Of a stretch of 64,000 nucleotides of DNA, positions 9,058 through 17,949 are shown one piece after another. The notes under the pieces are model-generated. The model saw only the letters and a program-made list of their open reading frames with translations. It was not told the DNA's origin and did no database searches. A program made the position numbers and the translations under genes. Position 1 is the stretch's first letter. Each line of letters begins with the position of its first letter. The stretch spans positions 1,792,001 to 1,856,000 of the forward strand of contig OZ244852.1 of assembly GCA_965220965.1 (NCBI GenBank). The letters are read 5' to 3'. The DNA comes from Candidatus Marinacidobacterium sp. (GTDB taxonomy: Bacteria > Acidobacteriota > Vicinamibacteria > Marinacidobacterales > Marinacidobacteraceae).

Positions 9058-10359
9058 TTAACGGGCGCGCGCCCGCCGGTGGATCGGGAAGTAGAGGACC
9101 GCTCCCAGCAGCGCGGTGCCGAGGCCGAGGACCGACTCGGCCGGACGCTCGAGGAGCGTGTAGCCGAGCGCCCAGGCGCTCATCGCGAGGAAGAGGACCG
9201 GGATCAGCGGGTGGAGCGGAGTCCGGAACCGGCCGGGGACCGCGCCGGCGACCCGCCCGCGTCGCAGCCGGAAGACCCCGGCGACGGTGGCCGCGGTCAT
9301 CAGGTTCAGCGTGAATCCGGCGTAGAGCAGGACCTGCTCGAAGGTCCCCGAGTAGAGAAGCACCAGGATGATCACGAGTTGGAGCGCGAGCGCGCGGCGG
9401 GGGACGCCGCCGGCCTCGCTCTTCCCGAGCGGGCGGAGGAGCGCCTCGTCCTCGCCCATGGCGCGGACGACCCGCGGTCCGAGGAAGACCATCGCGCTCA
9501 CGGTGGATGCCAGCACCAGCGCCAGCAGCGCCGACATGACCCGCCCGCCGAGGTTCCCGAAGACGCGCTCCGCCGCGAGGTAGCCCACCTCGATCACCCC
9601 GTCCAGCTCGGGCATCGGAACCGCCCGCAGGATCACCAGATTCACGACGAAATAGAGCACCGTGACCAGTAGCGTCCCGCCCACGAGGGCGCGGGCGAGC
9701 CGCTCGGGGCGCAGCATGTCCCCGACGATGTAGGCGGCGGCGTTCCAGCCGGTGTAGGCGTAGGAGACAAAGACCAGCGAGACCGCGAAGCCCGGGCTCA
9801 GGACGAGCGCGAAGTCGCCGGTCCGGGGCGTCAGCGGGGCGGAGACCGCGGGCGCGAAGAAGCCGGCGACGCAGAATCCGGCGACCAGGACGATCTTGGC
9901 GGCGGTGAGCAGGTCGTTCACCCCGCTGCCCCAACGCACCGAGGCGGCGTGGACGCCGGTGAAGAGCAGGACGACCGCCGCCGCGGCGTGGGTCACCGGG
10001 AGGCCGGGGACCAGCGGCGACAGATAGGCCGCCATCGCCATCGCCGCGAGCGCGGTGGGCGCCGCGAACCCGACGGTCGAGGAGACGAACCCGGCGGCGA
10101 ACCCGGCGGCCGGGTGGAGCGTCCGGCGGAGCAGCGCGTACTCCCCGCCGGAGCGGGGAAGCGCCGAGCCGAGTTCCCCGTAGACCAGCGCCCCGGCGAG
10201 CGCCACGAGGCCGCCCACCACCCACAGGAGAAGGACCGGGAAGCCCGATGGGACGGCGGCGACCTGGAACCCGAGCGAGGTGAAGACCCCGGTCCCGATC
10301 ATGTTCGCGACCACGAAGAGGGCCGCGGTCCGGGTGGCGATCCGCGCCCCCGGGGTCAT
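9058..10359 (-). CDS. APC family amino acid permease
   Basis: MIGTGVF, ELGSALPRSGGEY and YAYTGWN motifs; about 12 TM segments. Confidence 0.9.
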   Translation of the reverse strand: MTPGARIATRTAALFVVANMIGTGVFTSLGFQVAAVPSGFPVLLLWVVGGLVALAGALVYGELGSALPRSGGEYALLRRTLHPAAGFAAGFVSSTVGFAAPTALAAMAMAAYLSPLVPGLPVTHAAAAVVLLFTGVHAASVRWGSGVNDLLTAAKIVLVAGFCVAGFFAPAVSAPLTPRTGDFALVLSPGFAVSLVFVSYAYTGWNAAAYIVGDMLRPERLARALVGGTLLVTVLYFVVNLVILRAVPMPELDGVIEVGYLAAERVFGNLGGRVMSALLALVLASTVSAMVFLGPRVVRAMGEDEALLRPLGKSEAGGVPRRALALQLVIILVLLYSGTFEQVLLYAGFTLNLMTAATVAGVFRLRRGRVAGAVPGRFRTPLHPLIPVLFLAMSAWALGYTLLERPAESVLGLGTALLGAVLYFPIHRRARAR

Positions 10360-10408
10360 GACGCCTCCTCCGGCCGGGCGCCGCCGCCGGCCACCGAAGA
10401 CAGGGGGG

Positions 10409-10885
10409 CTACGGAGCGGTGCGCGCCGCGATCATGTCGATCTCGAGGAGGGCCCCCAGCGGGATCGCCGCCACCGCGACCGTGGTGCGCGCCGGAGGGA
10501 TCGCGCCCTCGGGGAAGTAGGACGCGTAGACCTCGTTCATCGCCGCGAAGTCGTTCACGTCGGCGAGGAAGACGCCGGTGCGGACGACATCCCCGAACCC
10601 GAGCCCCGCCTCCTCGAGCAGCGCCTGGAGGTTCTGCATGACCTGGTGGGTCTGCTCGGCGATGCCGCCTTCAACGAGGCCGCCCCCCGCCGGATCGAGC
10701 GCGATCTGTCCGGCGAGGAAGACGAGCCCGCCCACGTCGACTCCCGCCGAGTAGGGGCCGACCGGCGGGATCTGCCCGCTCAGCCGGACCCTCTCCGGCA
10801 TCGCCGGCTCGGCCGGGGGCGGCGGAGGCGGGGGAGCGCAGGCGGCGGCGAGGACGAGGAGCGCGGCGGGCAGCGAGCGACGCAT
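10409..10885 (-). CDS. RidA (YjgF/UK114) family protein with lipoprotein signal
   Basis: GPYS, FLAGQI, MNEVY, PARTT, LEID motifs; MRRSLPAALLVLAAAC signal and Pro linker; GGAGG SD before ATG 10885. Confidence 0.88.
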   Translation of the reverse strand: MRRSLPAALLVLAAACAPPPPPPPAEPAMPERVRLSGQIPPVGPYSAGVDVGGLVFLAGQIALDPAGGGLVEGGIAEQTHQVMQNLQALLEEAGLGFGDVVRTGVFLADVNDFAAMNEVYASYFPEGAIPPARTTVAVAAIPLGALLEIDMIAARTAP

Positions 10886-10955
10886 GGGAAGAGCCTCCGG
10901 GGGATGGAATGGGGAGCGCCGGATGGTACCCGGCGGCCGGACGTAGGATGGCGGC

Positions 10956-11480
10956 ATGTGGACGCATCCGAAGCCCGGCGAAGCGCCGAACTACTACCTG
11001 GGGGCGGCGCGGCTCGTCCCCGAAGGCGACCTTCCCGGCGCGGCGGTGGCCGAGATGGCGACGCTGCGGTCGCGGCTCGCCGGGCTGGGCGAGGAAGACG
11101 CGAACACCGGCTACGCGCCCGGCAAGTGGTCGGTGAAGGAGGTCGTCGGGCACCTCGCCGACGTCGAGCGGCTCTTCGCCTTCCGGATGCTCCATGTGGC
11201 CCGCCGGGATCCGGCGCCGCTTCCGGCGATGGACCAGGACCAGTGGGCGGAAGCGGCGCGGCACGCCGACCGCAGCCTCGGGTCACTCCTCGATGAGCTG
11301 GACACGGTGCGGGCGGCGACGGTGAGCCTGCTGTCAACGCTCGACGAGGCGGCGCTCGACGCCGCCGGGGAGGCCAGCGGCAACCGGGTTACGGTGCGGG
11401 CGATGGCGTGGTTCGCTGTGGGGCACGCGATCCACCACCGAAGGATCCTCGAAAAGCGCTACCCGGGCGTCGGCGGCTGA
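10956..11480 (+). CDS. DinB family protein
   Basis: YAPGKWSVKEVVGHL and GHAIHH motifs. Confidence 0.85.
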   Translation: MWTHPKPGEAPNYYLGAARLVPEGDLPGAAVAEMATLRSRLAGLGEEDANTGYAPGKWSVKEVVGHLADVERLFAFRMLHVARRDPAPLPAMDQDQWAEAARHADRSLGSLLDELDTVRAATVSLLSTLDEAALDAAGEASGNRVTVRAMAWFAVGHAIHHRRILEKRYPGVGG

Positions 11481-12708
11481 CCCCCCGGGCCCGCCCGAGA
11501 AACAGCGCGGCGGCGACCGCCAGGCTCCCCAGCAGCGCGGCGGCGCCTGCCACCGCCCCGAACCCGAGGCGGTTCATCAGCAGACCGGAAGCGACGCTGG
11601 CGAGCGCCGCGACCGACCAGTTCAGCGAGTCGGCGCGCCCCTGCCGGCGAACCTTGACGGGGGTGTTCGGGCCTCGGGCGAGCAGCGCGCTCGCCGCCAC
11701 GAACCCGAAACACCAGCCGAGGCCCAGCAGGTAGAGGGCGAACCCCATGAGCGCCCCGGCCTCGAGCGGCGCGACCGCGCCGAGGATCCCGGACGCGGTG
11801 AGCAGCAGGCCGCCCACCGCGATCATCGCGCGCTCGCCGAACCGATCCGAGAGCACGCCCACCAGCGGCGAGAGCAGGAACATCCCGAGGGTGTGCGCGC
11901 CCATGATCGCGCCCAGTCCGGTCAGCGTCCCGCCCGCCGCGACGACCTGCACCGGCGTCATCGTCATCATGACCATCATCGCGGCGTGGGCCGAGACCAT
12001 GCCGACGACCCCCAGCGCGATCTCGCCCGGGGGCGGCCCGTCATCCGGCGCCGCCGGCTCGCCGGACGCGGCGGGGGGTGGAAGCGACGCTGACGCCGGT
12101 CCGAAGGCGCGCCGGACGCGGAGCGCGCGGCTCGCGAGGAAGAGGACCGCGACCGAGGCGTAGAGCGCCGCCGAGACCAGATACGTCAGGCCGATGGCGC
12201 TGTCCCCCACCGAAGCGGCGAGGCGCTCGATCCAGGAGAAGACGAAGGGCGCCGCGAAGCTGGCGGCGACCGCCGCCCAGACCACCAGCCCGACCGCGCG
12301 TCCCCGGCGGTGCGGCGGGACGAGCAGCGCGGCGGCGTAGCGGACCAGGTGGTAGGCGGCGTAGCCGGCGCCGAGAAGCAGGCAGCTCAGGACGAAGGGG
12401 CCGAAGGCCTCGCGGCCGGCGAAGACGGAGGCCCCCACGCAGGCGAGCGCGGTGACCGCGAAGCCGAGCGCCAGCGCCGGGATCCGGCCGATGCGGGGGA
12501 TGAGCCAGGAGAGCGCCGGCGCGCCGAAGGCGACGCCGACGATCAGCGAGGCGTTCGGAACGCCGATCCAGGCCGAGCCGGAGAGGAACCGCTCGGCGAG
12601 GACCGGAGTGACGGTGATGACCAGCAGGTAGGCGGTCGATCCGAGCACCGCCCCCAGCAGGAGGACGCCGAGCGCGCGGGAGGGCCGGGGGCGGGCGGCG
12701 CGAACCAC
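11389..12708 (-). CDS. MFS transporter
   Basis: About 12 hydrophobic segments, GVLSDRFG motif A; 3' end overlaps the DinB gene. Confidence 0.85.
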   Translation of the reverse strand: MVRAARPRPSRALGVLLLGAVLGSTAYLLVITVTPVLAERFLSGSAWIGVPNASLIVGVAFGAPALSWLIPRIGRIPALALGFAVTALACVGASVFAGREAFGPFVLSCLLLGAGYAAYHLVRYAAALLVPPHRRGRAVGLVVWAAVAASFAAPFVFSWIERLAASVGDSAIGLTYLVSAALYASVAVLFLASRALRVRRAFGPASASLPPPAASGEPAAPDDGPPPGEIALGVVGMVSAHAAMMVMMTMTPVQVVAAGGTLTGLGAIMGAHTLGMFLLSPLVGVLSDRFGERAMIAVGGLLLTASGILGAVAPLEAGALMGFALYLLGLGWCFGFVAASALLARGPNTPVKVRRQGRADSLNWSVAALASVASGLLMNRLGFGAVAGAAALLGSLAVAAALFLGRARGVSRRRPGSAFRGSFGGGSRAPQRTTPSPAP

Positions 12709-12714
12709 GGGCGC

Positions 12715-13854
12715 TCAGTTGCCGGCGGTCAGCAGGCGCTGGAGGCCGGCGAGCGCGCGGCGCGCCTCGGGAGCGAGCGGAGCGCCATCGCCGAGGGCGC
12801 GGCGGTCCTCCTCGCCGAGCCCGAACTCGGCGGCGATGGCGCGGAACTCGGACACGACGTCGTCGTTCGGGTCGGCGCGCCAGGCGCCCGGGACGAGGCG
12901 CAGCTCGTGGAGCGGAGGAGCGCCCCCGCCCTGACCCGTTCCGGAGACCGCTCCGCCGGAGGCCGCCTGGACCCGGTCGCGGTAGGCCAGCACCTCGGGG
13001 AGCACCCAGTCGTCGAGGGTTCCGACGACCTCGATGACCGGGATCCGGAGTTCGGCGGAGAGCGCGGGAAGCTCGGGGGTGGGGTTCGCGTTCACCGCGT
13101 CGTGGAAGGGCCAGAATGCGCCGCCCTCGGCGGGGACGCCGGCGGCTTCGGCGTAGGCGGCGAAGCCGGCCTCCGATGCGCCGCGGTCCTCCGCAAGCGC
13201 AAGCCGGGCGGCCTGGCGGCGAACCGCGCCCGCCGGGTCGCCCAGCGTGGCGGAGACCAGCACCGCCCCCGCGAAGATCTCGTCCTCGGCCACCGCCGCC
13301 TGGCGGGCGATGCCGCCGCCCTCGCCGTAACCGAACAGGATCACCCGGTCGGGGTCGCGCGCTAGACGCGGGCGAATCTGGTCGAACATGAGCCGGGCGA
13401 AGGCCTCGGTGAGGCGAAGCGCGCCCCCGGCGTCCCCGAGCCCGGCGCGGTCGAAGCTGGCCCACGCGAAGCCCTCGTCGAGCGCCCACCAGCCGATGAG
13501 GTCGTCGAGCCCGGTCTCTCCGGCGCCGAGTTCGGCCCCGTCCTCGCCCCGGCGGATCCCGCCCACCCCACGGTGCGCGCCGATGACCAGCGTCCCGTTC
13601 CAGTCGGGGGGCCGCAGCGGGTGGCGGAGCACGAAGCGGCGGGGGGGTTCGCCGGGGGGCAGCGCCCGGCCGGGGGGCACCGAGGCGACGATGCCCTGCA
13701 CGGTGAGGGCGTCGCCGTAGGCGCGGCCCGGGAGCAGGGTCTCGCGCCCTCCGTGGATGTAGAGGTGGAGCCGGGCGTCGCACCCGGTCAGGAGGACGAG
13801 GAAGGCCGGGAGGAGCAGACCCGGCCACCCGCTGCGAGCCGGCGCCCGGGCACA
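12715..13854 (-). CDS. Lipoprotein with alpha/beta hydrolase (tannase-like) fold; start unresolved
   Basis: Frame of ORF 12715-13701 extends upstream through GLLLPAFLVLLTGC lipobox; WNG.L motif; nucleophile elbow reads GYGEGG. Confidence 0.6.
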   Translation of the reverse strand, partial: CARAPARSGWPGLLLPAFLVLLTGCDARLHLYIHGGRETLLPGRAYGDALTVQGIVASVPPGRALPPGEPPRRFVLRHPLRPPDWNGTLVIGAHRGVGGIRRGEDGAELGAGETGLDDLIGWWALDEGFAWASFDRAGLGDAGGALRLTEAFARLMFDQIRPRLARDPDRVILFGYGEGGGIARQAAVAEDEIFAGAVLVSATLGDPAGAVRRQAARLALAEDRGASEAGFAAYAEAAGVPAEGGAFWPFHDAVNANPTPELPALSAELRIPVIEVVGTLDDWVLPEVLAYRDRVQAASGGAVSGTGQGGGAPPLHELRLVPGAWRADPNDDVVSEFRAIAAEFGLGEEDRRALGDGAPLAPEARRALAGLQRLLTAGN

Positions 13855-14114
13855 AAAAAGCCCCGGGACCCCTGCTGGGCCATCCGGCCGCTCCGCGGCG
13901 CGAGACCCGAGCGGCCGACGGAGAAACCGCCGACGCCGCTCCGGGAGGGTTCCGCCGCCGCCTGGAATCGTGGTCAGGGTCCCGGGAACTCGTCCGTTCT
14001 TTCCGGACCCGGGGGGAGTGGGAAGGACCTCAATCCCCCGCCCCGGGTCCGTAAGCGAAGTCGTCCGGCGGAGCCATGTTTCCGACCTCCTTGCGGGCTG
14101 CGGGCTGCGTTGGT
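13854..14114 (-). ncRNA. Candidate structured RNA or regulatory leader
   Basis: Lies between a near-consensus promoter and a U6 tract; several perfect 9-11 bp stems. Confidence 0.5.
14030..14077 (-). CDS. Putative leader micro-peptide MAPPDDFAYGPGAGD
   Basis: AAGGAGG SD (14086-14092) 8 nt before ATG; 15 codons plus TGA. Confidence 0.45.
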   Translation of the reverse strand: MAPPDDFAYGPGAGD

Positions 14115-14120
14115 GAGTTC

Positions 14121-14149
14121 GTTATACAGCGGTGCGGGCGGCGGGTCAA
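14121..14149 (-). promoter_or_regulatory. Sigma70-type promoter
   Basis: TTGACC-17 nt-TATAAC on the minus strand. Confidence 0.75.
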
Positions 14150-14171
14150 GTGGCGCCGCCGGACCGCGCCG

Positions 14172-16013
14172 TCACTCCAGCGAACCGTGGACGACCTCGC
14201 CCGAAACAAGCGTGGCGAGGACCCGCTCGCGCATCGTGAAGAGGAGGTCGGGGTCCTCCTCGAGCGCGTCGAGCGAGGGGAGGTCGAGCACCACGAGGTC
14301 GGCCAGCTTGCCGGGTTCGAGGCTGCCGCGCTCCTCGTCATCGTGGGTCAGCCAGGCGCCGTTCCAGGTGTAGGAGCGAAGCGCCTCCGCGACGGTCACG
14401 GTCTCCTCTTCGCCCCAGGAGACGCCGGACTTCTGGTCCTTGCGGGTGAGCAGCGCGAAGAAGCCCATCCACGGGTCGTGGGTGGTGACCCCGTAGTCGG
14501 AGCCCGAGGCCATGATGACGCCGCTGCGCATGTAGGTGCGGAAGGGCTGGAGGCGGGCCATCCGCTCGGGCCCCGAGTTCGCCGCAAAGGAGAAGCCCTG
14601 CTGCCAGTTGAACACCGGGTTGGTGGCGGCGACGATGCCGTAGCGGGCCATGTCCTCGAGGACCCGGGTCTTCGGCTCGATGGGGAAGTAGGCGTGGATC
14701 ACGCTCCAGCGGAGGTCGGGGATCTCGCCGGTCTCCTCCGTCATCTCGTCGAGCAGCTTCATGTAGAGGTCCACCGCCTGGCGCATCGCCTGGTCCCCGC
14801 AACTGTGGGTGTGGAGATCCCAGCCGTGGGCGCGGATCGCCCGGTACTGCGCCTCGCGCACTCCGTAGTCGCGCACGACCGGGTTCCCGAGGTTCTGCTC
14901 GCCCTCGAGTTCGTCCCAGAGGTGGAACGGCTCGGACATCCAGGCGCTCCTGGTCCCCACGCCGCCGTCCCCGTAGACCTTGACGCCCCGCCAGCGGAGG
15001 AACGGGTCGCCCAGGTTGTTCACCTTGATCCCGTCGAGATGCCCGGCGATGTCCTCCGGCGGGTGGGTGTTGAAGGTCCCCTCGTAGACCGCCGCGATCC
15101 GCAGGCGAAGGAGGCCGCGGTTCGCCGCCTCCTGGTAGACGCGCATGTGGTGGCCCATCCGGGAGGAGGGGTCCACGATCGCGGTCACGCCCAGCGAGAG
15201 CAGTTCGGCGATCCCGAGGCGGACGCTCTCCACCTCGTCCTCGAAGTCCTCCGGCGGCGGCCGCTCGGTGACGAGGCGGGAGCCGCGGGCCCCGAGGAAG
15301 ACCCCGGTGGGGATCTCGCGGGTCACCCGCTCGCCGTCGAGCAGGACCTCGCGCGGCGCGCGCTGGATCTGGTCCTCGAAGGTGAAGTCGTCCGGATCCT
15401 CGAGCCACCACCCGGGCCAGGTGGAGGCGTCGTCATCCTCGATCCCCATCCGGCGGAACACCTCGGTGTTCACCGCGACGCCGCGGTAGACCCGGTAGAG
15501 CGCGACCGGGTTGCCGGGCGCCACCTCGTCGAGCTGCCAGCGGGTGACCATCGCCGGGTACTTGAACTGGTCCCAGCGCCGGCCGACGATCCACTCGTTC
15601 CGGACGGTCTCCGGCTCCCGCTCGCGCTGCTCCAGCCGGGCCCGGACGGCTTCCACGATGTCCTCGGCGGTCTCGGCGTAGCTGAGCTCGACGCCCCGGG
15701 TGATGTCGTTGCCGAGCGGCAGGAAGTGGATGTGGGAGTCCTGGAGCCCGGGGATGATCGTCTTCCCGGCGAGGTCCACGGTCCTCGTGTTCGGTCCGGC
15801 GAGCGCCGCCATCTCCGCGCCCGAGCCCACGCCCACGATCCGGTCGTCCTTGATCGCCAGCGCTTCCGCCAGCGAGTCCCCGGCGTCCACCGTCCGGACC
15901 TCGGCGCCGGTCAGGATGAGGTCCGGCTCCGGATACCACTGGGCCGCCGCCAGCGGGGGGAGGCCGGCGAGCGCGAGAAGGACGAGACAGGCCGCAGCGA
16001 GAGTTCGGGACAT
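14172..16013 (-). CDS. Amidohydrolase family 3 (YtcJ-like), secreted
   Basis: Signal peptide; PGLQDSHIH, K.YGDG, HSCGD, GSLEPGKLAD motifs. Confidence 0.9.
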   Translation of the reverse strand: MSRTLAAACLVLLALAGLPPLAAAQWYPEPDLILTGAEVRTVDAGDSLAEALAIKDDRIVGVGSGAEMAALAGPNTRTVDLAGKTIIPGLQDSHIHFLPLGNDITRGVELSYAETAEDIVEAVRARLEQREREPETVRNEWIVGRRWDQFKYPAMVTRWQLDEVAPGNPVALYRVYRGVAVNTEVFRRMGIEDDDASTWPGWWLEDPDDFTFEDQIQRAPREVLLDGERVTREIPTGVFLGARGSRLVTERPPPEDFEDEVESVRLGIAELLSLGVTAIVDPSSRMGHHMRVYQEAANRGLLRLRIAAVYEGTFNTHPPEDIAGHLDGIKVNNLGDPFLRWRGVKVYGDGGVGTRSAWMSEPFHLWDELEGEQNLGNPVVRDYGVREAQYRAIRAHGWDLHTHSCGDQAMRQAVDLYMKLLDEMTEETGEIPDLRWSVIHAYFPIEPKTRVLEDMARYGIVAATNPVFNWQQGFSFAANSGPERMARLQPFRTYMRSGVIMASGSDYGVTTHDPWMGFFALLTRKDQKSGVSWGEEETVTVAEALRSYTWNGAWLTHDDEERGSLEPGKLADLVVLDLPSLDALEEDPDLLFTMRERVLATLVSGEVVHGSLE

Positions 16014-16122
16014 GGCGGTTCCGATGGTACCGGCCCGGCGGGGTTGCCGGACGGGGCTGGCGCGTGGCTCACGCGGGGCCTCGCGATACCCTGCCCCTCC
16101 GTCAGGAAACGGAGGAGTCTCC

Positions 16123-17856
16123 ATGCGCCATCGAATCCACCTGCCGCTCGTTCCGCTCGCCGTCGCCCTGCTCGCCGGGTGCGGCGCCACCGGGCCGGAC
16201 ATCGGCGGCCCCGCCGACCTCGTGCTCCTCGGAGGGCGGGTCGTGACCGTCGACCCGGCCCACCCCGAAGCCGAGGCGGTCGCGGTGAAGGACGGGCTGG
16301 TCGCGGCGCTCGGGACGACCGCCGAGATCCGCCAGACCGTGGGGCCGGAGACCGAGGTCATCGAACTGGAGGGCCGTCTCGCCATCCCCGGGTTCATCGA
16401 AGGGCACGGCCATTTCCTCGGCGTCGGCAACGCCCAGATGATCCTGAAGCTGGGTGAATCGGAGAACTGGAACCGGATCGTCGACCAGGTCGCCGAAGCG
16501 GTGGCGGAGGCGGCGCCGGGAACCTGGATCGAGGGCCGCGGCTGGCACCAGGAGAAGTGGGACGAGGTTCCGGGGGGAGCGGTCGAGGGGCTGCCGCACC
16601 ACCTCGGGCTCTCCGAGATCTCCCCCGAGAACCCGGTCTTGCTGCGCCACGCCAGCGGGCACGCCGCGTTCGCGAACGCGCTGGCGATGGAGCTCGCCGG
16701 CATCGACCGGAGCACGCCGGATCCACCCGGCGGGACGATCGTGCGGGACGCCGACGGGCGGGCGACCGGGGCGCTCCGGGAGACCGCGCAGGGCCTGGTG
16801 GCGCGCGCCCGCGACCGGGCGATGGCGGAGCGGAGCCCCGAAGAGCAGCGGGCGGAGCTGGAGCTCATGGTGAAGCTCGCGGCGGAGGAGTCCCTCGCCA
16901 AGGGGGTGACCAGCTTCCAGGACGCCGGCTCCTCGTTCGCCTCGATCGACCTCTTCCGCGAGATGGCGGAGGAGGGGCGCCTCCCCATCCGGCTCTATGT
17001 CATGGTGCGGGGCGAGTCGCACGAGGACATGGACGCCCGCCTCGGCGACTACTTCCTCGACAACCACGCGGACGGCTTCCTGACCGTCCGGTCCATCAAG
17101 ACGGTGGTGGACGGCGCGCTCGGGGCCCACGGCGCGTGGCTGCTCGAGCCCTACGACGACATGCCGTCGAGCGAGGGGCTGGTGCTCCAGCCGGTCGAGG
17201 ACATCGAGGAGACGGCGCGCATCGGCGTGCGGCACGGGTTCCAGGTGAACACCCACGCGATCGGGGACCGCGGCAACCGGGAGGTGCTCGATCTCTACGA
17301 GCGGGTCTTCGAGGAGGCCGGCGTCTCGGGCCATGACCTCAGGTTCCGGATCGAGCACGCCCAGCACATCCACCCGGACGACATCCCCCGGTTCGGCCAG
17401 ATCGGGGTGATCGCCTCGATGCAGGCGGTCCACGCCACCTCGGACGGGCCGTGGGTTCCGGAGAAGCTGGGCGACTGGCGGGCGGAGACCGGCGCCTACG
17501 TCTGGCGCTCGCTCCTCGACAGCGGCGCGGTGGTGACGAACGGGACGGACGCCCCGGTCGAGGACGTGGACCCGATCGCGAGCTACCACGCGACGGTGAC
17601 GCGGGAACTGAACGATGGAACCCGGTTCTACCCGGAACAGGCGATGACCCGGGAGGAGGCGCTCCACTCCTACACGATGGCCAACGCGTTCGCGGCGTTC
17701 GAGGAGGGCGTGAAGGGCAGCCTGACCCCGGGCAAGTACGCCGACATCGTGGTCCTGACGAAGGACATCCTGAGCGTCCCGGAAGACGAGATCCTCCAGG
17801 CCCGCCCCGCGCTCACCATCGTGGCCGGGGAAGTCGTCCACCGGCTGGAGGAATAG
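16123..17856 (+). CDS. Amidohydrolase family 3 (YtcJ-like), lipoprotein
   Basis: LLAGC lipobox; [30 protein letters not shown] motifs; SD GGAGGAG. Confidence 0.9.
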   Translation: MRHRIHLPLVPLAVALLAGCGATGPDIGGPADLVLLGGRVVTVDPAHPEAEAVAVKDGLVAALGTTAEIRQTVGPETEVIELEGRLAIPGFIEGHGHFLGVGNAQMILKLGESENWNRIVDQVAEAVAEAAPGTWIEGRGWHQEKWDEVPGGAVEGLPHHLGLSEISPENPVLLRHASGHAAFANALAMELAGIDRSTPDPPGGTIVRDADGRATGALRETAQGLVARARDRAMAERSPEEQRAELELMVKLAAEESLAKGVTSFQDAGSSFASIDLFREMAEEGRLPIRLYVMVRGESHEDMDARLGDYFLDNHADGFLTVRSIKTVVDGALGAHGAWLLEPYDDMPSSEGLVLQPVEDIEETARIGVRHGFQVNTHAIGDRGNREVLDLYERVFEEAGVSGHDLRFRIEHAQHIHPDDIPRFGQIGVIASMQAVHATSDGPWVPEKLGDWRAETGAYVWRSLLDSGAVVTNGTDAPVEDVDPIASYHATVTRELNDGTRFYPEQAMTREEALHSYTMANAFAAFEEGVKGSLTPGKYADIVVLTKDILSVPEDEILQARPALTIVAGEVVHRLEE

Positions 17857-17857
17857 A
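17818..17857 (+). repeat. Direct repeat copy 1 (3' end of the amidohydrolase gene)
   Basis: ATCGTGGCCGGGGAAGTCGTCCACCGGCTGGAGGAATAGA; 38/40 identical to 19990-20029. Confidence 0.9.
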
Positions 17858-17949
17858 CCCCGGCGCCCCCGGCGGAAACGGGGCGCCCCGGAGTCGCCGG
17901 CAGGTCAGGCGCCCTTCCTGCTTTCCTGCTGGATTGTGGGGAGGTTCCG

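Noticed and set aside
13854-14114. Structured RNA as tmRNA, SRP RNA, RNase P, 6S or a known riboswitch
   Set aside because: No tRNA-like ends or Ala-Ala tag, no SRP helix-8 motif, and no TPP/B12/SAM cores recognised by eye; 6S not supported but needs an Rfam search to exclude
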